DNA of 64,000 nucleotides from an uncultured Nitrososphaerota archaeon (GTDB lineage Archaea; Korarchaeota; Korarchaeia; Korarchaeales; Korarchaeaceae): NCBI GenBank assembly GCA_964594835.1, contig CAZQNA010000002.1, positions 128,001 to 192,000 of the forward strand, read 5' to 3'. Shown piece by piece: positions 57,425 to 64,000 of this stretch (position 1 is its first letter; each line of letters starts with the position of its first letter). The notes under the pieces were generated by a model. It saw only the letters and a program-made list of their open reading frames with translations, ran no database searches and was not told where the DNA came from. The position numbers and the translations under genes were made by a program.

Positions 57425-58120
57425 GTGGAGGAGGAGCGCGTCGATAGGAAGAGGAGGTCCCTGCTCAAGGCTGGGATCGGGCTGGGGGTGACTATGCTCC
57501 TGGCCTATCTCCTCTGGCCCGATTTGGAGAAGCTCATGGGGAGGAGGGGGCGGAGAACCAGCCCGCCTGGGACGGGCGTCCCGGGCCTCACAAGCTCCCC
57601 GCCTCCCACGACCGCAACCCCTCACGAGACTCCGGCGCCCACGACGGGGCCGACGACCGGGCCTCCTGCCACCATCTCCCCCGGAGATCTGGGCGCGGAG
57701 CTCCCGGGCCTGCCGGGAGGGTCGCCGCTGGGGTCCCTGAGGCCCTACCTCACCCTCGAGCCCCTCGCGGCTATGTCCAGCACGGCGACCGACTGGGACA
57801 AGGTCCACCTGTCGGTCCAGCTGAAGTCGTCTAACTTGGGCGGCGCCCCGTCCTCGGCCCTGCTAGAGGTTCTGCTCCTAGAGGACAGCCTGACCCTACC
57901 CCTCAACCTCTCCTCGCTCCCCAGGATCGGTTTCGACGCGGTCTACCTGCCGCCCGGGAGCGGAGTCGTCCAGTGGTACTTTGCAGACATCCCCGCCGAC
58001 GCCACTGGCGTTTTCTTCGCTATAACTGACCCCCTTCTCGACCCGTGCCCGAGGTCCCTCTCCAGCCAGCCGGAGATCCAGGCAGAGATCGGGAGGCACC
58101 TGGTCTACTACGGGAAGTGA
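57425..58120 (+). CDS. putative Tat-exported/anchored protein with Pro/Thr linker
   Basis: KRRSLLK twin-arginine-like motif plus hydrophobic stretch from GTG 57425. Confidence 0.6.
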   Translation: MEEERVDRKRRSLLKAGIGLGVTMLLAYLLWPDLEKLMGRRGRRTSPPGTGVPGLTSSPPPTTATPHETPAPTTGPTTGPPATISPGDLGAELPGLPGGSPLGSLRPYLTLEPLAAMSSTATDWDKVHLSVQLKSSNLGGAPSSALLEVLLLEDSLTLPLNLSSLPRIGFDAVYLPPGSGVVQWYFADIPADATGVFFAITDPLLDPCPRSLSSQPEIQAEIGRHLVYYGK

Positions 58121-58127
58121 GAGGAGG

Positions 58128-59981
58128 ATGCCGAAGTACGCGGTTCACACCCTGGTGGCCCTGAAGGTGGCCGAGGCCCTCCAGAGGGATGGGCGGGAGG
58201 AGGGCGGCGTGATGCTGGAGCACAGGGGCCTCACGGTGGTCGGCGCCATAGGCCCGGACCTCTTCTTCTGGGCCCCGGACTACGAGGTCTGTCAGGTGAT
58301 GTTGGCCATACTGGAGGCCTGGGACGAGGTCAAGGGGCTGTACGACGCCACGATCGGGAAGGTGGAGGAGGCCCTCGAGGCCATCGAGGAGCAGGTCGAG
58401 GACCTCGCCAGGCCGCTTGCGCCGGGTCTAGCGGCCCTGATCGAGCAGATCCTCGAAGAGGCCGAGGAGACCTCGAACCTCTTCGAGCAGACCTTGAGGA
58501 GGGGAGCCCTGGCCCTCGCGCTCGGCGTGGACGACTTGTTGGCCGACCTGGGGGACATGCCCACGGTCACGGCCCGCATCTTCGACGCGTTCAGGCCCCC
58601 GCTGCAGGACGGCAAGGGCGAGGAGGAGTGGTACTGGTTCGACATGCTCCACTACAGATACACGGGCGACTTCGCCAGGGCCCTGCTGGAGAACGCCGAG
58701 ACCCCCGCGGAGAGGGCCTACGCCCTGGGTTACCTCACCCACGTGGCGACCGATGTGGTGGGGCACGGGTACGTCAATCAGATCGTCGGCGGGCCGTACA
58801 GGACGCACGTCCAGAGGCACGTGGTCGTGGAGAACTTCATGGACGCCTGGGCCTTCAGAGAGTACGTCGGCGGAGACATAGCCACAGACCTGGTGGGGTG
58901 GCTGGGCCTGCCGGACCGGCTCCCGGACGACGTGGTGGGCCTCATCTACAAGGCGTTCAAGGATGCCTATGACGGGCGCCCGCACCCGACGCTGATCAAC
59001 AAGAGCCAGGGGGGCTACCTCACCAAGGAAGACATCAGGATCACCTACGAGCTGTTCAAGAGGGTGACCGAGTACCTGGAGGACAGGATCAGGCCCCCCA
59101 AGGAGCCCTTCTCCGCCGTCTTTGACGTGCTGGAGGAGGCGCTCGAGGACTGGATCGACTCCCTGGAGCCTCCCTCTCCGCCGGACACCGGCGGCGGAGG
59201 AACCTGCTCAGTCCTGGACTACCTGTCCTTCGGCCTCACGGAGAAGTCCCGGGAGTGCTACGAGGACCTAGCCGAGAGCATCGGCGACTGGCTCGAGTGG
59301 ATGGGGGAGATGGTGGCCTGGTCCTTCGAGACCATCCACAAGCTGGTAAACCTGCTGACGACGGCCCTGGCATCCCTGCCAGCCATGGCCATCCTCAGCA
59401 TCCTGTACCTGATTCAACTCACCCTCTACAGGCTGCTGATGATGATCAGGGAGGCGCTGGCGCTCCACGGCCTCACGTACCCTCCCAACTCGCTCTTGGA
59501 CACGGCCCACGGCAGGAACCTCGTCACCCCCTACCAGTGCCAGTTCTCGGACGGCCCCTACCCCGCCGTCGAGGGAGACGAGAACTGCCTCCAGTGCCCC
59601 AGGACTGCCTACGAGAATCCCAAGACCCTCCCGTCCTCCTACCCAGAGGACGCGACACCGAAGACCTTCATGGAGGAACTCCCCCTGAACATAGAGGCCC
59701 TGATCTCGTACGCCGTCGCGCAGAGCCCGGAGGACACCAGGAGGCTGTACCTCCCCCCGCCCCCCCTTGCGGCCGCCCCCGGGCAGGCCAAGCCTCACGT
59801 CAGGCCCATGGGAAGCGCCGTCGAGGTGGCTAAGTGGATGATCCAGTCCTGGCGGGAGAGCCCGTACGCCACGGTCAACTGGAACCTGGACTCGGACAGG
59901 GGCTTCGGGTACAAGCAGTGGACGGGCAGCCTCCCGACGAGTCCCCCCGATCACACGGTCGGGGATGAGGCCTATATCTGA
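58128..59981 (+). CDS. zinc-dependent phospholipase C family protein
   Basis: MPKYAVH, GAIGPDLFF, DMLHY, GYLTHVATDVVGHGYVN, RHVVVE Zn-ligand motifs. Confidence 0.85.
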   Translation: MPKYAVHTLVALKVAEALQRDGREEGGVMLEHRGLTVVGAIGPDLFFWAPDYEVCQVMLAILEAWDEVKGLYDATIGKVEEALEAIEEQVEDLARPLAPGLAALIEQILEEAEETSNLFEQTLRRGALALALGVDDLLADLGDMPTVTARIFDAFRPPLQDGKGEEEWYWFDMLHYRYTGDFARALLENAETPAERAYALGYLTHVATDVVGHGYVNQIVGGPYRTHVQRHVVVENFMDAWAFREYVGGDIATDLVGWLGLPDRLPDDVVGLIYKAFKDAYDGRPHPTLINKSQGGYLTKEDIRITYELFKRVTEYLEDRIRPPKEPFSAVFDVLEEALEDWIDSLEPPSPPDTGGGGTCSVLDYLSFGLTEKSRECYEDLAESIGDWLEWMGEMVAWSFETIHKLVNLLTTALASLPAMAILSILYLIQLTLYRLLMMIREALALHGLTYPPNSLLDTAHGRNLVTPYQCQFSDGPYPAVEGDENCLQCPRTAYENPKTLPSSYPEDATPKTFMEELPLNIEALISYAVAQSPEDTRRLYLPPPPLAAAPGQAKPHVRPMGSAVEVAKWMIQSWRESPYATVNWNLDSDRGFGYKQWTGSLPTSPPDHTVGDEAYI

Positions 59982-60050
59982 GCCCCTACCTTGATTTGAG
60001 CCGACGCGCTGACTCGGGGGACCGCCGACGGCGGTGCGGGCGCCCCCTCT

Positions 60051-61034
60051 ATGGCGCGCAGGCGCGGGGGGTCTCCCTTGAGGGTAGAGGTTAAGGTAGA
60101 CCCACGGGAGTGGTGGTCGCTCTACGCCCAGAGGGGCCGCGGCCTCGGCTGGACCTCTTGGGGAGAGTACGCGCGCTGGAGGGAGGGGATGGCCACCCTC
60201 CAGATATTCTGGGCAGAGGAAGAGCGGCGGGTCCTCTTGCTTGGAGTCAGGGACGGGAGGAGGCTGGTAGGGGTTGCCAGGCTGGCGGAGGTTCCGGTCA
60301 GGTTTCGCCAGAGGTCGACGTGGCGTGGGGTCGCGGAGAGGCTGGAGCTGCAGGACCTGGCCGCGGAAGACCCCGAGGTCCTCCGGGAGACCCTGCGCTG
60401 GGCCGAGCGGCGGGCCTCCAACGCAGGCCTCCCGCTCGGCGTGTCCTCCTGGGATCCCGTCCAGTGGGAGGTCCTCGAGTCCGAGGGGCTGTCCCCCTAC
60501 GCCCGCTCGGTCCTCCTGGGGTGGGACCCTAGGAGGCCGATCCCGCTCGAGCCCAACCCCAGGGTCGAGGTGAGGCTGGGCAACCGGAGGGACAGGCCGG
60601 CGCTCAGGAAGATCCAGCTCGAGAGCTGGGGATTCTTCATCCCGCCCAGCTTCGACCGGCAGGACGTGCTCGTGGCCGCTCTGGACGGCGAGCCGGTGGG
60701 CAGCGCGTACCTCAACAGGGCGTCGGGGAACGTAGACTTCGGCGTCCACGTCAGGAGGGGCTGGTGGCGGAGGAGGATAGGCACAGCTCTGCTTGAGGCA
60801 TGCAGGCGAAGGTGCCTAGAGCTCGGGCTCCCCAGGATGACCGTGGTCAGAGTGATTCCGCTCACGAAGGTCAGGGAGTCTGACGCTAGGGCGCTCGGGT
60901 TCTACTTGGCCTGCGGCGCGGTCCCACTGAGGGAGGTGAGGGGGTTCAGGAGGAAGGCGAGGAGGCGGGCCCTGAGGGTGGTGAGCCTGAGTGAGGCAAT
61001 CCCCCAGCTCTACCCTGAGTTGGCTGTGATTTGA
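60051..61034 (+). CDS. GNAT-family acetyltransferase
   Basis: GVHVRRGWWRRRIGTALL...ALGFYLACG. Confidence 0.8.
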   Translation: MARRRGGSPLRVEVKVDPREWWSLYAQRGRGLGWTSWGEYARWREGMATLQIFWAEEERRVLLLGVRDGRRLVGVARLAEVPVRFRQRSTWRGVAERLELQDLAAEDPEVLRETLRWAERRASNAGLPLGVSSWDPVQWEVLESEGLSPYARSVLLGWDPRRPIPLEPNPRVEVRLGNRRDRPALRKIQLESWGFFIPPSFDRQDVLVAALDGEPVGSAYLNRASGNVDFGVHVRRGWWRRRIGTALLEACRRRCLELGLPRMTVVRVIPLTKVRESDARALGFYLACGAVPLREVRGFRRKARRRALRVVSLSEAIPQLYPELAVI

Positions 61035-61297
61035 GCCGCCCGAGATCGACCTGAGACGGCTGCTCAGGAGGTCCCGACCCCGGCCCCCTTTGGGCGCTGC
61101 GCAGACCTCGCCCACGCCGGCTCGCTCAACCTTTTTTGGGGGTCGACCGCAGGCGCCCGGCCGCACCGCGTGCCGCGCTTAGTCATGAGACCTCTTTCTC
61201 AGGGGGATTCCATGGATCAAGTGTTTGGATCGCGATCGCGGGACCGCCGGGAGTAAAACTCATTTACAGAGAATCCCAGATGGCCGAGCGCTGTCGA

Positions 61298-61429
61298 ATG
61301 GGTAGGGCCGCGTTCCTCGGAGCCGCGCTGATAGCTCTGCTATCCTTTGCCTCTCAGCCCTAGGCCAAGGTGATCTGGGAGATGCCCGAGGGGTCCGTGG
61401 GGAATACGATCAACGTTTTAACGTCCTGA
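61298..61429 (+). pseudogene. remnant of a secreted-protein gene
   Basis: MGRAAFLGAALIALLSFASQP*AKVIWEMPEG...: signal peptide with in-frame TAG. Confidence 0.4.
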
Positions 61430-61461
61430 GTGGAATGGTATGACAGCGACTCCCGGAGGAA

Positions 61462-61860
61462 TTGAGCCGAATGAACAGGAGAGACCTCATGCGAGTTAAG
61501 GAGGCATTGATTCGGAGGGAGGAAGTTCTATTTGCCTACCTATTTGGCTCTGCAGCGGAGCGTAGGGACTCGGGGCTTAGCGATGTGGACATTGCCGTCT
61601 ACTTAAACCCCTCTCTGCCACGCGCCAGGATGCTGGAGATACTGGCAGAGATCGCGAGCGAGCTTGAGCCTGGGCTCAAGGTGGATCTCGTTCTCCTCAA
61701 CACGGCGTCTCCGAGCCTCTCCTTTGAGGCGATAAGGGGGGAGCCAATCGTCGTTAGAGATAAGGGCGCGATGAAGGAGTTCGTCTACAGGACCCTCAAG
61801 GTGTATCACGACAGGAGGTACTACGACCTGAGGTGGGCGAGGACTGTGCTAGCGAGGTGA
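61462..61860 (+). CDS. MntA-like nucleotidyltransferase antitoxin
   Basis: FAYLFGSAAERRDSGLSDVDIAV. Confidence 0.9.
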   Translation: MSRMNRRDLMRVKEALIRREEVLFAYLFGSAAERRDSGLSDVDIAVYLNPSLPRARMLEILAEIASELEPGLKVDLVLLNTASPSLSFEAIRGEPIVVRDKGAMKEFVYRTLKVYHDRRYYDLRWARTVLAR

Positions 61861-61868
61861 GAGGGGGA

Positions 61869-62306
61869 GTGTACTTCGCCGAGAAGGTGTCCAGAAAGAT
61901 GGCCACCCTCGAGAGGGCATTGAATTACCTCAGGTCTAGGGCTGACATGACCCCCGAGCAGATCGAGGAGAATTACGAACTGAGGAGCGCACTGGAGAGG
62001 AACTTCCAGATCGCGATAGAGGCGGCTCTGGATATAGGAGAGATGATAATCGCCGAGGAGGGGCTGCCCAGGCCGGAGGAATACAGGGGGGTCTTCCTGG
62101 AACTCGGGAGGGCGGGCATCCTACCGAGGGAGTTCGCAGAGAGGATAGCGCCCATGGCTGGCTTCAGAAACTTGCTGGTGCACCAGTACGACGTGGTAGA
62201 CCCAGAGAGGCTGTGCGAGTTCCTGAGAGACAGGCTTCCAGACTTGGAGGACTTCATTAAGTACGTGAGGGCCTACATGAGGAGGAAGGGCGTCACTCCA
62301 TCTTGA
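61869..62306 (+). CDS. HepT-like (DUF86) toxin
   Basis: ERNFQIAIEAALDIG...MAGFRNLLVHQY. Confidence 0.92.
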   Translation: MYFAEKVSRKMATLERALNYLRSRADMTPEQIEENYELRSALERNFQIAIEAALDIGEMIIAEEGLPRPEEYRGVFLELGRAGILPREFAERIAPMAGFRNLLVHQYDVVDPERLCEFLRDRLPDLEDFIKYVRAYMRRKGVTPS

Positions 62307-62494
62307 GCGCTTGAGGTCACGTTGCCGACGCTGGATACCTGCGGTGATCCGGGCGCAGAGGAGCCGCGTCCTCTGGCCACCGACTCTAGACGGGGGAGGC
62401 CTCAGGATCGCTAGGATCAACAAGCCTAGGAGCGTGGCGGACATCGAGGAGGGTGTGCTCGCGCTCGATCGGGCCGGACTCTGCAGCAGCTCGT

Positions 62495-62917
62495 CTAGGC
62501 GCCCAGCTCCTCAAGCTGCCTAGCCAGAGTCGAAGCCAGCTCACGTAGAACCCTCACCTTCTCCCGCGCCATTGCGTGCACCCTGGTGGGGTCGACCGTG
62601 GCGTATGCGTGTACTAGGAGATTTCGGAATTTGGCCATGCCTATTCCCTCCTCGACTAACCTGGGGCTGAGCCTGCCTGCCTCGCCCAAAACCCTGAAGA
62701 CGTCTGCATAAGTTTCGGGCGACCTCCTCCCGACCTTAGAGGCGAGCATGTTGGCCAGGTCTATCACAACCTCAATGGCCACCTGGAAGCTCCTCTCAGC
62801 CGCGGCTGGCGCGAATCTATCTTTCAAGAAGTCCTCCAAGCTCATAGCCGATATCTCATCAAGCCTCCTGAGCGCGGACTCCAGCACCCGGATGCGCGCA
62901 TTCACCCTTTCTCCCAC
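62495..62917 (-). CDS. HepT-like (DUF86) toxin
   Basis: AERSFQVAIE...FRNLLVHAY. Confidence 0.92.
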   Translation of the reverse strand: MGERVNARIRVLESALRRLDEISAMSLEDFLKDRFAPAAAERSFQVAIEVVIDLANMLASKVGRRSPETYADVFRVLGEAGRLSPRLVEEGIGMAKFRNLLVHAYATVDPTRVHAMAREKVRVLRELASTLARQLEELGA

Positions 62918-62918
62918 T

Positions 62919-63314
62919 TCAGACCCCCACGTAGGACCTGGCCCTTGCGGTGTGAGGCTCTAGGATTCTCTTGAAGTCAAAGTACTCCCTCAAGGCTCTC
63001 GATCTAAACTCGTGAAAGTCCCACTCGTCTCCGTAGACTAGCACCCCGTCAACGGCTATGAGGCAGGCAAGCACGGGAGGCACCTCTCGCAGGTCCACTA
63101 CGTCGGCGCTTATCCCCCTCCTCTCCAACTCCTCGGCCAGCTCCGACACGTCGCAGTCGCACAGGACGGCCACATCCACGTCGCTCAATTTGGTAGCTTC
63201 TCTCCTGGCCCTAGACCCAAACAGCACGGCCAGCCTGATTCCGTAGCGAGCGGCCAGCTCTTTGATCGCTGCTTTCAAGGCCGCTACCTGAGGGTCGGTC
63301 ATGTTCCCTTCCAA
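62919..63314 (-). CDS. MntA-like nucleotidyltransferase antitoxin
   Basis: AVLFGSRARREATKLSDVDVAV. Confidence 0.9.
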   Translation of the reverse strand: MEGNMTDPQVAALKAAIKELAARYGIRLAVLFGSRARREATKLSDVDVAVLCDCDVSELAEELERRGISADVVDLREVPPVLACLIAVDGVLVYGDEWDFHEFRSRALREYFDFKRILEPHTARARSYVGV

Positions 63315-63581
63315 CCACCGGGAGGTGGCCCTCAGGGATAATTTAGGATTGTCAGACGGGGCACCTTTAGGACGGTGGCCGCGACGAACACGTCGGCGAA
63401 CCGGAGCCCATCAGCCATCAGGCCTCCCTCCCCGATTGTGTGAAAGAGGCTCTCAGACCTTCTTCAAATCGGGAAGGCAGGGATCGGCTCTGAGGCGGCG
63501 CGCAAGGGCCCCCCCATCTGACTCGCGAGTTCTCTAAGGGCGCTCACTCTTATCTAGGGAGAGCCTCAAAGTCCAACTCAA

Positions 63582-64000
63582 ATGAGATCGGGGATAGAAG
63601 GGGTCAGGAGGTTCTACGATCTGACGGCAGAGAAGGAGGACGCCAGGCTCTTCAGGGACAGGTATCACCGGCTGGAGTTCATCGTCACGATGCGCTACCT
63701 CAAGAAGCACCTCCCGGGCCCAGGAAGGGTCCTCGACTGCGGGTCTGGCTCGGGTCACTACGCGGTTGAGCTGGCGAAGATGGGCTATGAGGTCGTGCTC
63801 TTCGACCTCAGCAGGGAACTCCTCAAGCTGGCGAGGGGCAAGTTCGAGAGGGGGGCTCGTCGACCGCCTCCTCGCGGTAGTTCAGGGATCCTCGACGAAC
63901 CTGGGATGCTTTGAAGACTCTTACTTCGACGCGGCGCTCTGCTTTGGCCCCCTCTACCATCTGATAGAGGAGGGCGATCGAGACAGGACGGTTAGGGAGC
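63582..64000 (+). pseudogene. class I SAM methyltransferase, frameshifted at 63850-63855, runs off window end
   Basis: VLDCGSGSG in the first frame; GLVDRLLAVVQGSSTNLGCFEDSYFDAALCFGPLYHL continues in a shifted frame. Confidence 0.75.

Noticed and set aside
1-64000. Many long antisense or alternate-frame ORFs (e.g. 1537..3825 -, 18208..19509 -, 27622..28977 -, 44138..45727 +, 59268..60749 -)
   Set aside because: Shadow ORFs expected at high GC; they overlap well-supported genes and have Arg/Pro/Gly-biased, motif-free translations
1-64000. CRISPR array, rRNA, tRNA, integrase or reverse transcriptase
   Set aside because: No regularly spaced repeats, no tRNA T-arm/cloverleaf and no such protein motifs found by eye; a covariance-model scan was not possible

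Overview
GC-rich archaeal chromosomal window, judged from GGAGGTG/GGGGTGA ribosome-binding sites, TATA-like promoters, S-layer-type anchoring domains, TrpB2, tungsten-type AOR and MNT-HEPN modules. The organism is probably a thermophile; lineage is inferred only. There are about 70 genes and remnants, and no rRNA, tRNA or CRISPR array was seen. Housekeeping content includes a MoxR/DUF58/VWA cluster, ABC and ECF transporters, PncA, AOR, SppA and five MNT-HEPN/HepT toxin-antitoxin pairs. Most notable loci: (1) 34.3-42.0 kb, an exported protein with a compositionally foreign Vps62/NPP1-like core followed by six tandem paralogous, patchwork-recombined membrane-protein genes, an orphan copy of the exported gene's 3' end and a truncated seventh paralogue, an architecture resembling a polymorphic effector/poly-immunity system; (2) a 2859-aa Cys-rich DUF11-repeat surface protein fused through a sorting-signal-like helix to a degenerate PIN-like domain; (3) a minimal SerK/SbnI-like kinase translationally coupled to trpB2; (4) a PadR-linked trio of Trp/Gly/Arg/Pro low-complexity proteins sharing one coiled-coil tail, with a recurring palindromic operator candidate; (5) a Tat-signal protein coupled to a signal-less Zn-dependent phospholipase C. 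All domain calls are by-eye motif recognition, not database searches.
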